Shown here: positions 1-10,916 of the stretch, one piece after another
How positions within the stretch are numbered: the first letter of the stretch is position 1
Layout of the letters: the number at the start of each line of letters is the position of its first letter
IMG/VR virus record: IMGVR_UViG_3300036821_000136
Coordinates: 32,001 to 96,000 of that record
Length of the DNA: 64,000 nucleotides
Reading direction: 5' to 3' (one strand)
Source of the DNA: a virus
Lineage: Duplodnaviria > Caudoviricetes
The notes under the pieces: generated by a model
The model's database searches: none
Told to the model about the DNA's origin: nothing
Seen by the model: the letters and a program-made list of their open reading frames with translations, nothing else
Program-made: the position numbers and the translations under genes

Positions 1-120
1 AGTGAACCGGTTTCGTCAGTGAACCGGTTACCGGCGGGTAAACCGGTTCACTCACAAGACCGGTTATCAGCCGGGCGGTCATCGGGAGCCCCCCGAACCG
101 GTAAAGCCAGTGAACCGGTT
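1..120. repeat. Iteron-like 12-bp repeats AGTGAACCGGTT (candidate origin)
   Basis: Exact copies at 1-12, 18-29 and 109-120, an inverted copy at 41-52, and partial ACCGGT copies between. They overlap or follow the 3' end of an HTH rep-like gene. Confidence 0.6.
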
Positions 121-477
121 GCAGTGCGGGCAGGCGTCGCCCGGCGCGTGCGGGAACGTCAGCCGCCACTCGTCGGCACGCGGCCCGCGACGGCTGGCAC
201 GCGGCCGGCCGGGGTCCGGCTCGTCGGGCTCGATGAACCCGAGCTTGGCCAGCGTCCGCAGCGCGTCGACGACCGTCGCCCGCCCCGCCCCCGTGTCGCG
301 GCCGAGCCGGGCGACGCCGGGGTAGGCGTGGCGGCCGTCGCCGTCGGCGTAGGTGGACAGCATCCAGGCCACGTGGACGACGGCGTGCGGCAGGTCGCCG
401 CGGAAGTGCCGGGCCCAGGCGTGCTGGAATCCGCGCGCCGGGTCGGCCGGGCCGGTCACGGCGCACCCGCCGGGCAC
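79..477 (-). CDS. Helix-turn-helix replication initiator-like protein
   Basis: LSTYADGDGRHAYPGVARLGRDTGAGRATVVDALRTLAKLGFIE resembles the winged-HTH N-terminus of phage/plasmid Rep proteins. Start is uncertain. Confidence 0.6.
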   Translation of the reverse strand: MPGGCAVTGPADPARGFQHAWARHFRGDLPHAVVHVAWMLSTYADGDGRHAYPGVARLGRDTGAGRATVVDALRTLAKLGFIEPDEPDPGRPRASRRGPRADEWRLTFPHAPGDACPHCNRFTGFTGSGGSR

Positions 478-1007
478 GCCGAAAGCCCGCCGGCCGTGAC
501 TGGCTGGCGGGTGACGTCGTCGCGGCTGGCCCCCACCCGGGGACCGTTAGGCGTCGGGCGGGTTAACCAGGCCAGGCGGGCGGACGGACATTCGGCGTCG
601 GTTAGTCGACACGGGACAGCCTTCCTCTCCTTCAGTTCGCCGGGCACCTGCGCGCCGCCAGAGCGGCCGGCCCCCGGGCAAGCGGGGCAACGGGCCCCGG
701 CAGGTGCGCGGGGTCGGGGCCCGTGGTGACCACCATAAACCCCCGGGCACGGACACGTAAGGCAAGCCGATAATAAATGTCAGCGTGCCGTGGTATGGTC
801 CCGTCAGGGCTGGGAAAAAGGCCCGTAAAACCGGCTGGCCCGCCCCGATCCACGTGGGTTCGGGGCGGGCCCTGAAGGAGAGAGGATCCCCGTTGACCGG
901 GGCCACTAAGTGACCCGACCGCCGGAGGAGGCGGAACGCGGGTGAGAAGCCCGGCCGCCTGTACCCCTCGATCCCCGATGGTAGCACCCATCGCTAGGAG
1001 GAACACA

Positions 1008-1346
1008 ATGACCGAACCGGCTGCACCGCCGGCGGTGCCCGCCGCCGACCCGCCCGCCGAGGTCGACACCTACGTCCTCGCGGTCGCCGTCGGGTCGGTG
1101 ATCGCCAACCGGGGCATCACCGCGACCGTGGCCGCCGACGAGATCGGCATCCCGCCGGAGAAGCTGTCGGCGCTGCGCCGCCGCGGCGACGCATCCCCCG
1201 CCGTCGCGCTGCGCGTGATGGCGTGGCTGCACATGTCGCCCAGGTACTTCCAGACCGCAGACCGCGAGGCGACGATCGTCATGGTCCGCATCCCCGACGA
1301 CGCCGCGCCCGCCGACGAAGCGCCGCCGCGCGCTCAGGTGGCGTGA
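1008..1346 (+). CDS. Cro/XRE-like HTH DNA-binding protein
   Basis: AGGAGG RBS before ATG 1008; GITATVAADEIGIPPEKLSALRRRG is HTH-like. First gene of the rightward operon. Confidence 0.6.
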   Translation: MTEPAAPPAVPAADPPAEVDTYVLAVAVGSVIANRGITATVAADEIGIPPEKLSALRRRGDASPAVALRVMAWLHMSPRYFQTADREATIVMVRIPDDAAPADEAPPRAQVA

Positions 1347-1672
1347 ATGGCGGTCAGCCCGGCCGTGCGGGCAGCCGCCGCCGCATCCGTCCCTGGCCGC
1401 CTCGCGGCCCCGAGGACACCCTCGTCCACGCCACCTTGCCGATGGCCGCCGCCGGGCCGCTCGACCCGGCCGTCCGCCGCGTGCTGGACTACCTGACCGG
1501 CCAGGTGCTCGACATGGAGGAAGCCGGCGACGCCACGATGGTCGACCAGTCCGACATGCTGCGCGCCCTGGGGCTGCGCGTCCCGCCCTGGTCGGCCGTC
1601 GGCCGCATCACCGGCCGGGCGGCGCGGGCGCTGCGCGCCCCGCCGTACGTGCGGCCAGGGCGGCCGCGCTGA
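1343..1672 (+). CDS. Hypothetical protein
   Basis: GTGA overlap with the upstream stop; GC3-rich codons. Confidence 0.5.
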   Translation: MNGGQPGRAGSRRRIRPWPPRGPEDTLVHATLPMAAAGPLDPAVRRVLDYLTGQVLDMEEAGDATMVDQSDMLRALGLRVPPWSAVGRITGRAARALRAPPYVRPGRPR

Positions 1673-1709
1673 CCCCGGAATGACGGCACTGAGGGAGAGA
1701 GTGGACACC

Positions 1710-2792
1710 ATGACGACGACGACAACCGACCGCCGGCGGCACCGGGTCAGGCAGGTCGCGCCCGCCGGCCTCGAGCACACCGACCGGGCCGCGTGGCTGG
1801 AGCTGCGCCGGGCGGGCATCGGCGGGTCCGACATGGCCGCGGTGCTCGGCATGGGCGAGTTCGGCCGGACCCGCTGGCAGGTGTGGCTCGACAAGACCGG
1901 CGCGCTGCCCGACGAGGAACTAGACGAGAAGACCGCCGAGCGGTACCGGTTCGGGCACCGCACCGAGCTGGCCGCCGCCGACGAGTTCCGGTACCGCTAC
2001 CCGGCCGTGCGACTCGCCCGGGTCGGCATGCTGGCGCGCGCCGACCTGCCGTGGCTGCGCGTCAACCTGGACCGGCGGGTGCACCGCTGCCCCGACGGCG
2101 ACGGCCCGTGCCTGCTGGAAATCAAGTCCCGGTCGGCGTACACGTCGAAGCAGTGGGACCCCGGCGGCGACCCCGAGCGGGTACCCGACGCGCCCGCCAT
2201 CCAGGTGCAGCACGGCCTGCTGGTCACCGGCTGGCGGCACGGGCACCTGGCCGTCGTGATCGGCGGGTCGGAGATGCGCGACTACCGCATCGACGCCGAC
2301 CCCGCCCTGCAGAAAACGATGCTCGACGAGGGCCGGTGGTTCTGGCACCATCACGTGCTGCCGGGCGTCGCCCCGCCGGTCGACGCCTCCGAGCGCACCG
2401 GCCGGCTGCTGGACCGGCTGTGGGGCGCCGACCCCGACTCGGTCAAGGAGGCGCCCGCCGAGATCACCGGGCTGCTGGCCGAGCTGCGCGCCGCCAACGC
2501 CGAGGCCGGCGAGGCGTCCGACCGCGCCAAGGCGCTCGCGCACCGGCTGCAGGCGTGGCTCGGCGAATTCGAGACCGCCGTCGACTGGCAGGGCCGGGTG
2601 CTGTTCTCGTGGCGGCGCAACGGCACGTTCCGCGCCGGGGCGTTCCGCGAGCAGCAGCCCGGCGCCTATGCGCGGTACTCCCACGACGTGACCGCCGCCG
2701 ACACCGACCGCCTCGCCGCCGAGGACCCCGACCTGTACCGCCGGTACCGGTCCCGGGCATTCCGCCTGGGCACCGCCACTGAAGGAGAGTAG
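1710..2792 (+). CDS. YqaJ-like viral recombinase exonuclease (RecE-like)
   Basis: WLELRRAGIGGSD, NLDR, LLEIKS and QVQH motifs; directly upstream of recT. Confidence 0.9.
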   Translation: MTTTTTDRRRHRVRQVAPAGLEHTDRAAWLELRRAGIGGSDMAAVLGMGEFGRTRWQVWLDKTGALPDEELDEKTAERYRFGHRTELAAADEFRYRYPAVRLARVGMLARADLPWLRVNLDRRVHRCPDGDGPCLLEIKSRSAYTSKQWDPGGDPERVPDAPAIQVQHGLLVTGWRHGHLAVVIGGSEMRDYRIDADPALQKTMLDEGRWFWHHHVLPGVAPPVDASERTGRLLDRLWGADPDSVKEAPAEITGLLAELRAANAEAGEASDRAKALAHRLQAWLGEFETAVDWQGRVLFSWRRNGTFRAGAFREQQPGAYARYSHDVTAADTDRLAAEDPDLYRRYRSRAFRLGTATEGE

Positions 2793-2797
2793 GAACC

Positions 2798-4285
2798 ATG
2801 GCAGACCAGAAAACCCGACAGGGCCGCGCCGCGGCCGCCGCCGACGAGCGGCGCCGCACCGCCGAGGCCGGGCTGCCGCCCGGCGCCGGCAACGGTGACG
2901 GGCCCGGCGGCGAGGTCGCCGTCCGCGACCCGCTGCGCCAGCTCATGGACAGCTTCCAGCCCGAGGTCGCCCGCCAGCTGCCCAGGCTGATCGACCCCGA
3001 CGCGTTCATGCGGGTCGCGCTGACCGGCATGCGGTCCTCCAAGCAGGCCGCCGCGCTGGCCAGGTGCACCCGGCCGTCGCTGTTCGCCGCGCTGCTGGAG
3101 TCGGCGCGGCTGGGCCTGATGCCGTTCACCGACGAGGCCGCCATCGTCCCGTTCGGCGACCAGGCGACGTTCATCCCGATGTACCAGGGCTACGTGCAGC
3201 TGTTCTACCGCACCGGGCAGGTCGCCCGGGTCACTGCCCAGCTCATCCGCAAGGGCGACGCCTGGGAGCTGGCCTACGGCGACGCCGGCGGGTTCTACCA
3301 CAAGCCCGCCCTCGTCGACGCCGACGGGAACCCGGTCAAGCGCGGCGACCCGATCCTGGCCTACTGCTACGTCACGATGCGGGACGGGTCGCGGACCGAG
3401 GTCACCACCGTCGACCGGTGGGAGGCCGAGGACACCATGCGCGAGCACTCCCGGTCCTGGCAGAACGCCGAGAAGATATGGCGGGAGTCCAACGGCAAGC
3501 GCGGCCGCGACTCGGCCTGGCACACCAACTTCGCCGACATGTGGCTCAAGACCGGGGTCCGCCGGCACGCCAAGGTCGCGCCCAAGAGCCCGGAGCTGGT
3601 GCAGCTGCTCATGCTGGAGGACCGCGACGACTCCCGCCGGTGGCGCGACGCGCCGCTGCCGCCGGTGCCGCCGATGCCGGACGTGGTCGAGGGCGTCGAC
3701 TGGACCCGCGACGTCGCGGGCGCGGTGACCGGCGAGGTGCTGCGCGACGAGCGCGACGAGCGCGACGAGCCCGGCGGGCAGCCCGGCCGCGAGCGGGTCA
3801 CGATCCGCGAGCACGCCGGCGACGGCACCGTGCCGGCCGGCGCGGCGGCGGCGGCGGGCGCGGCCGGCACCCCGGCCGGCAACGGCGGCGGCCAGGACGC
3901 GCCGCTGATCACCGCGCAGACCACCGGGCGGCTGAACTGGAAGTTCAGCCAGTGCGGATGGTCCGGCGACGAGTACCGCGACCGCCGCATCGCGGTCGCC
4001 GGCCTGCTGGGCAACCTGCAGGGCCGGCCGCTGCCGATCACGGCGATCGCCCAGCTGACCGACGACCAGGGGAAGGCCGCCATCGCCTTCATCGACGAGA
4101 AGCTGCTGCCCAGGTACGAGGGCAAGGACCAGCGCGCCGCGGCGCTGCAGGGCCTCTACGACCGGCTGACCGAGGCGCTGGCCGCCGAGCACGGCGCGGC
4201 CGCCGCGGCGGACATCACCCGGCCCGGCGACGGCAACGGCGACGGCCCGGGCGACGACGTGCCGCCGCCGGACGGGCCCGGCTAA
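2798..4285 (+). CDS. recT: RecT-family single-strand annealing protein with long C-terminal extension
   Basis: LARCTRPSLFAALLESARLGL, AAIVPF, YQGYVQLFYRTG and W..NFADMWLKT..RR..K.APKS. Confidence 0.9.
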   Translation: MADQKTRQGRAAAAADERRRTAEAGLPPGAGNGDGPGGEVAVRDPLRQLMDSFQPEVARQLPRLIDPDAFMRVALTGMRSSKQAAALARCTRPSLFAALLESARLGLMPFTDEAAIVPFGDQATFIPMYQGYVQLFYRTGQVARVTAQLIRKGDAWELAYGDAGGFYHKPALVDADGNPVKRGDPILAYCYVTMRDGSRTEVTTVDRWEAEDTMREHSRSWQNAEKIWRESNGKRGRDSAWHTNFADMWLKTGVRRHAKVAPKSPELVQLLMLEDRDDSRRWRDAPLPPVPPMPDVVEGVDWTRDVAGAVTGEVLRDERDERDEPGGQPGRERVTIREHAGDGTVPAGAAAAAGAAGTPAGNGGGQDAPLITAQTTGRLNWKFSQCGWSGDEYRDRRIAVAGLLGNLQGRPLPITAIAQLTDDQGKAAIAFIDEKLLPRYEGKDQRAAALQGLYDRLTEALAAEHGAAAAADITRPGDGNGDGPGDDVPPPDGPG

Positions 4286-4287
4286 AT

Positions 4288-6332
4288 ATGCGCTGCTGGT
4301 ACTGCGTGACGCCGGTCAGTCCCGTCCTCGCCGCGGCGGGGCTGACCGCGCACCCGTGCTGCGACCCCGGTGAGGACCTGCCGCCCGCCCTGGAAGACGC
4401 CGTCACCGCGTGGGCCGCCGCCGCGCTCGAGACAGGGGAGCCGCTGGCCCGCCCGGACCCGTGGGCTGCCGCCGACCAGTACCGGGCCGCGCACCTGGCC
4501 GCCGGGCTGGCCGCCCTGCACGAGCTCGCCGCCCGGCCCGGCCCCACCGGCGCCAGCGTCGCCGCGATGGGCCCGCCCGTAGCCCGGCAGGCCACGCCCG
4601 ACCCGCGGCGCTGGCCGCCCGGCAGTCACGGCGAGGCCGCCAACCGAAGGAGGTACTGATGGCGTTCTGGTGCGGCGCGCCGCTGCTGCCCGACGGCATC
4701 CCCGACCTGTCCAGCGACGACGACCCGTGCTGCGCCGGGCGGGCGATCGACGGGCCGCGCGGCTGCACCTGCTGGATCGAGGTGCACCGCCCGCTCGGCC
4801 AGGCCGAGATCGTCGAGGGCCTGCCGCAGATCCCCGACCCGGTCGAGCCCTGCCATGACTGCGCATACCGGCACGGGTCGCCGGAGCGGAACGGCGACCC
4901 CGGCGTCAGCGCCGACGGCGAGGACCTGGAGCGGCTGGCCGCCACCGGCGAGCCGTTCTACTGCCACGCCGGGATCCGCTACCTGATCGGCTACGTGCAC
5001 CCGGCGTGCGGCCGGCCCGGCTGCGACGGCGCCACCTGGTCGCCGCCGAAGGGCGACTACCGGCCGCCCATCGCCGGCCGCGTCCCCTACCAGGCCGACG
5101 GGTCGCCGGGGTTCCTGTGCGCCGGGTGGATCTTGCGCCGCGCGACCCTGATCCGCCAGCGCCAGGCCTACGCGGGCGCCGCCGCCGAGGAGTCGCGCGG
5201 GCTGCCCTGCGGCTGCCGCTACGTCCAGGCCGGCGGCCGGTGGTGGCAGGTCGTCGCCTGCCCCGACCACCGTTTCGAGTTCGGCCCGCTCGACGCCCCG
5301 CCGCAGCCGGACCCCGACCATGCCGGGTTACGCGGCCGGGGCGGCGGGCCGCGCCGCCTGGGAAGCCGCCGCCGCCGCCGGGCGGCACGCGGTGCCCGCC
5401 GACCCGCAGGCGCTCGCCGGCGGGCCGGGCGCGCTGGCCGCCGCCGCCGCGTACGCCGCCCGGTGCCGCTGCGGCGACCCGATGGCGGCCCACGAGATCG
5501 CCGAGTCCGGCCGGGCCAAGGGCGCCCGCACCTGGTGCACCATGATGACAGCGGCCGGCGCGTGCGGCTGCCAGAAGTTTCAACCTGAAGGAGAGAGTTA
5601 AGTGACCGACCCTACGATCATCGGTCCCGAGCAGCTGCACGGGATCAGCTACACCGCGGCCAGCGGCGACCTGATGATGACGATGCAGGACTGTTTCGCC
5701 GACGGGGAGGTCGCCGGGCACCTGGCGATCTGCGCGCCCGCCGGGCGGCGCAAGCTGGCCGCGCAGTTCGCCGCGCTGCGCGACCGGGACACCGCCGCGC
5801 TGGCCCGCGCCACCCCGGTCCAGCTCGCCATCTCGTGGGGCTGCTGCTGGGTGTGGCACGGTCCCGGGCTGACCTGCTACGGCTACGTGGAGACGCTGAC
5901 CGACGTGATCGACGCGGAGCTGGCCGCCTGCGACCGGGCCGGGATGCCCCGCGACGCGGCGATGGCCGCCGCCCAGCGGACGGTCGGGTACATCACCGAG
6001 AACCACGCCCGCGGCTGGCGGCACGGCCGCGGCTACTCGGTGATCGAGCCGTCCGGGGAAACCGGCTACAGTCACGTGTCGGTGCTGGAGCCGGTCACCC
6101 GCGAGCAGTTCGCCGCCGCCGCGGCGCGGGGGTGGCGGCCATGATGACGCTGGGGATCACGGTGGCGGTGACGCTGCTGATCGTCGCCGCCGCCGGGACC
6201 GCCTTCGACCTGGGCCTGCGCCGGGCGGTGCGGCGCCGGCAGGCCCGCTGGGAGGCGGCCCACCCCGGCATGAGCTGGGCGGACTGGCAGGCCCGGCGGG
6301 TTCCGCCGCCGGACGACGAGGCCGGGCAGTGA
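4288..6332 (+). CDS. Run of small hypothetical genes (4288-4659, 4659-5588 Cys-rich, 5320-5601, 5602-6144, 6141-6332 membrane)
   Basis: Translationally coupled starts and stops, RBSs, CxxC motifs. The 4659/5320 boundary is ambiguous. Confidence 0.5.
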
Positions 6333-6730
6333 CCGGCTGGCCGGCCGAGTTCAGCCCGGCCGTGCGGGCGGAGGTCATCGCCCGCGACACCCCGCCCGGC
6401 ATGGGCCGGCCCTGCTGCGTGGTGTGCGGCGAGCCGGTCACCGGCGCCGTGGTGCACGTCCATCACCTGCTGTACAAGTCGCGCGGCGGCGACGGCCGCC
6501 CGTCCAACGGGATCGTGGTGCACGGCGACGGCCAGGCCGGGTCCTGCCACATCGCCCGGATCCACCGCGAGGCCACCCTGGCGGCCGCCGTCGGCGGCTG
6601 GGCGCGGTCGCGGCACGCCCGCGACCCCTACGCGCTGCCGGTGCGGTGCGCGCGGCGCGGCTGGATCGTGCTGCTCGACGAGCCCGGCGACGGCGGGCTG
6701 CTGTGGCGGAAGGAGACCCCCGATGGCTGA
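6329..6730 (+). CDS. HNH endonuclease-like protein
   Basis: CVVCG...VHHLLYKSRGG...SNGIVVH...CH..IH. Confidence 0.75.
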   Translation: MTGWPAEFSPAVRAEVIARDTPPGMGRPCCVVCGEPVTGAVVHVHHLLYKSRGGDGRPSNGIVVHGDGQAGSCHIARIHREATLAAAVGGWARSRHARDPYALPVRCARRGWIVLLDEPGDGGLLWRKETPDG

Positions 6731-8305
6731 CGACGACGACCGCGGCGAGCTGCTGGGCCCGGCGCTGCTGGCGCTCGCCGAGGTGATGCTGGCGCGGGCC
6801 CGGGCCGCCAACCTGGCCGCGATGGCCCGGGCGGAGGGGCTGATCACCGAGATGGACGTGCGCTGCGCGCAGCTGGCGTGCGAGCGGTGCTACGGCGGCC
6901 CGGCGCTGGCCGGGACCGGGACGGGCGACTGCAGCTGCCCGGCGCGGTGCCCGGTGCGGCACTGCCTGGCCGGCGACGGGGTGCTCGACGGCGGCGCGCC
7001 GTGACCGCCGCGCTGCTGCGGGTCCGGCCCGTCGGCGGCCGCGCCGCCACCTTCGTCGCCATCCACGACGACGAGACCGAGCTGGTGCTGGCCCGCATCG
7101 GCCAGGCGTTCGCCGGCCTGACCGGCTGCGACCCGGGCGCCGTCGACGCCCGCGTGATGCCGTGGGAGACGCTGCCCGGCCCCGGCATCAGGGCGATCGC
7201 GGCGGCGCAGCTGGCCGCCGGCGGGCCCGGCACGATCGTGTTCCTCGGCACCGCCGCCGGCGGGCAGTGGGCGACCTGGCACGTGCCCGCGCCGGCGCCG
7301 TTCCCGGCGCCGCGGTGAGCGGCAAGCCGCCGCCGGCGCACTGCGGGTCGTGCCTGGCCCCGGTCTACTGGGCGTTCCCCGAGCGCGGCGCGCCGCCCGG
7401 GCGGGGCGGGAGGCCGGCGGGCAAGATGCCGATCGACGCCGGGTCGGCGGGCACCGGCAACGCCGAGGTGTGGCAGGACGGGGCGGTGCTGCGCTACCGG
7501 ATGCTGCGCGACGGCGAGCAGCCCGGCGAGGGCCGGTTCCGGGGCATGCCGCACTGGGTGACCTGCGAGCACGCCGGCCAGTGGCGGAACCGGTGACCGG
7601 CCCGCCGGCGGGGCCGCGATCGGGCGGTGACCGCGTGCAGGTCAAGATAGCGGGCGAGCACGGCGGCTCGTACACGGTCACCGGCCGCCTGCTGACCGAC
7701 GGCAACACCATCGACGGCACCACGTGGTACGTGATGGAGACCGACCACGGCGCCCGGCTCATCGTGGCCGCCGGCGAGCTGCAGGACCCGGCCGGTGACT
7801 GACCCGGTGCCGCCGTCGGGGCCGATCGCGACCGCGCTCTGGCAGGCCGCGCCGATGCTCGAGGAGGTCACCGGCGGCGCCCTGGCCGAGCACACCGAGG
7901 CGGGAACGCGGGCGATCGAGGCGCGCGTCGCGCAGGGTCATCTGTGCGTGCTCTGCGGGCAGCCGGCCGGCGCCGCGCTGGTGGTCCGGCCGGGCCCGGA
8001 GTCGCCGGCGTCGTTCGCGCCGCGGTGGGCGGACCTGTGCGTGCCGCACTTCGCGCTGCTGGTCGCCGAGAGCCCCTGGGAGCCTGGCCGTGGCTGACCC
8101 GGTGGCGGGCTGGCCGTTCACCGACCCGGTCACCGGCGAGGAGTGCGCGCTGGTGGTCCGCAGCGGCCGGGCGTACGTGAACTGCGGCGGGTGCGGCGGA
8201 CTGGCCGACGTGGTGCCGGTGCTCGACGCGTTCTACTGCGCGCGGTGCGGCTGGTCGGGGCGGGTGTCGGGCGCCTGGGTCGCGGGGCTGCTGGCCGGGC
8301 TGTAG
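6723..8305 (+). CDS. Run of six small coupled genes, several with Zn-finger motifs (6723-7004, 7001-7318, 7315-7596, 7593-7802, 7795-8097, 8090-8305)
   Basis: 4-8 nt overlaps between genes; CxxC pairs. Confidence 0.55.
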
Positions 8306-8374
8306 GACCGACGTCACACCGGGGACGGCGCGGCTGACCGCCCGGCCTGGTATTATGTATATATGAGCAACACG
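8303..8374 (+). promoter_or_regulatory. Repeated promoter copy 1 (extended -10, leaderless ATG) with upstream box
   Basis: TGGTATTATGTATATATGAGCAACACG at 8348-8374; box TAGGA-CCGACG-TCACA at 8303-8318. Confidence 0.75.
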
Positions 8375-8548
8375 ACAAGCAAGACCGTGAGCACCCGCCA
8401 GTACCAGGCATCGCACGGCCGCAGCCCGCGCGGCTACGGCCAGTGGATGTTCGAGCTGCGCGGGGCCGGCGAGATCGTCACCCGCACCGGCACCTACACC
8501 GACGCCAGGAAGGCGCTGCCCGCCGGCAACTGGGTGGTGCTCCCGTAA
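8363..8548 (+). CDS. Small hypothetical protein (leaderless, MSNT start)
   Basis: ATG lies 6 nt after the TATTAT hexamer; coupled to the next gene (TAATG). Confidence 0.65.
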   Translation: MSNTTSKTVSTRQYQASHGRSPRGYGQWMFELRGAGEIVTRTGTYTDARKALPAGNWVVLP

Positions 8549-9051
8549 TGACCAGCCGCGCCGCCTACGCCGGGATCACCTACGTGGTCCCGTGCTCGGC
8601 CCGCAAGGCCGCCGCGCCCGCCCCGGCCCGCGACCTGTACACCGGCGCGATGTTCACCCACAGCCTGGCCGCCGCCGAGGCGCTGGCCCGCTGGGACCGC
8701 CAGCAGGGCCGCGAGGCCCGGATCCTGGTCCTGAGCGCCCGGCACGGCCTGGTCACCCTCGACCAGGTGATCGCCCCCTACGACCGCAAGATCGGCGACC
8801 CCGGGTCGGTCACCCCCGCCCGGCTGGCCGGCCAGGCATGGCAGCTGGGCCTCCGCGCCGACGGCGACGGCTGGGCCCGCTCGCCCGAGGTCTACTCGCT
8901 GTGCCCCGCCGCCTATTACGACGTCCTGTCGAGCGCCCTGCAGCGGCTCGGCGTCTACCCCCAGGACTGCTACGAGGGCACCGCCGGGATCGGCGATCAG
9001 CGTCACGTCAACACCGTCTGCGGCTGGGACACCACCCCGGCCGCCGCCTGA
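8548..9051 (+). CDS. DUF6884-like (YaaA-related) protein
   Basis: VVPCSARK...ARDLYTG..F...VLSARHGLV...IAPYD. Confidence 0.7.
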   Translation: MTSRAAYAGITYVVPCSARKAAAPAPARDLYTGAMFTHSLAAAEALARWDRQQGREARILVLSARHGLVTLDQVIAPYDRKIGDPGSVTPARLAGQAWQLGLRADGDGWARSPEVYSLCPAAYYDVLSSALQRLGVYPQDCYEGTAGIGDQRHVNTVCGWDTTPAAA

Positions 9052-9062
9052 AGGAGAGACAA

Positions 9063-9679
9063 ATGACCACCACCAACGTCGTGCCCGTATTCGGGCCGCC
9101 CGAGACCGTCACCGTCGCCGAGCTGCGCGCCGGCGACTTCCTGATCGCCATCCCGGCGCAGGAAGGCGTCCGCGGCGTCACCGTCAATTCCGGCATCGCC
9201 GAGCTGAGCGACGACTGGAACACGTGGCGCCAGAGCACCGGCTACCGGCGGCCGAAGGTGCCCGTCCGGTCCGTCGTCATCATCGTCCGCGACCCGAAGG
9301 CGAAGCCGGTCAACCGGCCGGCCGGCTTCCTGGCCGAGGTCCGCCGCCCGCAGGCGGCGGTGTGACCGCCGCGCCCCGGCGGGCGCTGACCCCCGCCGAC
9401 GTCACCCGCCGCTACCGGGCGTTCCGCTCGGGCCGGCCGGAGGCGTGGGCGGCCGCGTCCCGCGACGGGCTGTGGACCTACGAGCGGCTGGAGATCAGCG
9501 GCACGCCGTGGGAGGCCCGGCACGTCCCGACCGGGATCGCCGGGCCCTGGTACGGCACGCTGACCGCCGCCCGCGCGGCGACCGCCGACGGCACGGCGCT
9601 GGCCGCCGTCGAGCGGATCGCGGTGCACGAGCGCGGCGGGCACGCGGCCGGGCGCGACCCCCGGTGCCTGCGCTGCTAG
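9063..9679 (+). CDS. Two hypothetical genes (9063-9365, 9362-9679)
   Basis: CTGAAGGAGAG RBS; GTGA coupling. Confidence 0.55.
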
Positions 9680-9867
9680 CCGCGCTCGCTGTCCGGGATC
9701 ACCTCGGCCAGGTTCCCCTCCCAGCGTTTGCCGTTGATCCAGATGATGCAGTGGCGGTGCCGGGCGGCCGCCGGCGTGCCGCTGATCTCGCCAAGGTGCA
9801 CCTCCATTGCCGGGCGCTGCTCGGTCTCCCGGGCTGCCTGGTCATCGCTCATCGCTGCCTCCTGTAG

Positions 9868-9961
9868 TAGGACCGACGCCACATTCGAATACGTACGGAA
9901 TCGCGCCCCGACCAGCCCAGACGCGGCCGGGGCGTGGTACTATGTATATATGAGCAACACG
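9868..9961 (+). promoter_or_regulatory. Repeated promoter copy 2 with upstream box
   Basis: TGGTACTATGTATATATGAGCAACACG at 9935-9961; box TAGGA-CCGACG-CCACA at 9868-9883. Confidence 0.75.
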
Positions 9962-10183
9962 GACAGGCACCCGATGACCAGGAACCAGGCCCGCACGATC
10001 GCCAGGGCGATCGACGCCGGCGCCGACGCCAGCCGCTACCACGTCGGCGGCGTGCTGCCGGACGAGGTACTCGACCAGATCGTCGACATATCCATGGCCC
10101 TCGGCTGCACCTGCCCGGCCTTCCAGCGCACCCACCCGCACCACAGCCCGGCCCGCGTCCGCCGCGGCGGCCGGCTCGTCTGA
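9950..10183 (+). CDS. Small hypothetical protein (leaderless, MSNT start)
   Basis: ATG lies within the repeated promoter motif. Confidence 0.6.
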   Translation: MSNTDRHPMTRNQARTIARAIDAGADASRYHVGGVLPDEVLDQIVDISMALGCTCPAFQRTHPHHSPARVRRGGRLV

Positions 10184-10216
10184 CCACCACCACCGCCACC
10201 TGAAGGAGAGACCACC

Positions 10217-10855
10217 ATGACCACCGCCACCAAGAGCCGCAGCCGCCGCAAGGCACCCACCCGCGCCAGCGTCGAGGCCGCCGCCAAGCGCAAGGCCGAG
10301 CTGTTCGACAAGCTGGAGGCCTGGGAAGACGAGACCGACCAGGACACCATCGACGCCGCGGTCGCCATGTTCGCCGCGATCGACGACGGCTACTCCGACC
10401 GCAACGCGATGCTGATCGCCATGCAGGACCCGGAGGCCACGAAGGTCGCCGGCTACCGCCAGTGGCAGGACGTCGGCCGCCAGGTCGGCAGCTACCCCGA
10501 GGGCCAGGGCGGCATCACCATCGTCCGGTTCGCCGGCAGCTACAAGTCCAAGGACGCCGACGGCGCCGGTCCCTCGGCCGACTTCGGCGCCAAGCCCGCC
10601 GAGCACGACGCGGCCGCCGACGACGCCAAGGCCAAGGAGCGCAACCGGTTCGCGCTGACCACCGTGCACGACATCCGGTGGACCACCGAACTGCGCTGCG
10701 CGACCTGCGACGCCAAGATCCACCGCACCGGCTACGACAAGGCGACGAAGCGGCACACCTGGACGCACAGCGACCAGCTCAACGTCGGCCACCCCGTCGA
10801 GCTGCCCCGCCGCCCCGTCGCCGAGGACGCCGAGCAGGCCGGCACCGCCGAGTAG
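10217..10855 (+). CDS. ArdC-like ssDNA-binding (DUF1738-type) anti-restriction domain protein
   Basis: YSDRNAMLIAMQDPEATKVAGYRQWQDVGRQV matches the ArdC N-terminal signature. Confidence 0.75.
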   Translation: MTTATKSRSRRKAPTRASVEAAAKRKAELFDKLEAWEDETDQDTIDAAVAMFAAIDDGYSDRNAMLIAMQDPEATKVAGYRQWQDVGRQVGSYPEGQGGITIVRFAGSYKSKDADGAGPSADFGAKPAEHDAAADDAKAKERNRFALTTVHDIRWTTELRCATCDAKIHRTGYDKATKRHTWTHSDQLNVGHPVELPRRPVAEDAEQAGTAE

Positions 10856-10916
10856 ACACACACCCGACCACCGGGCGCCCGCCAAGGGCGCCCGGACCTA
10901 TCCCTGAAGGAGAGAC

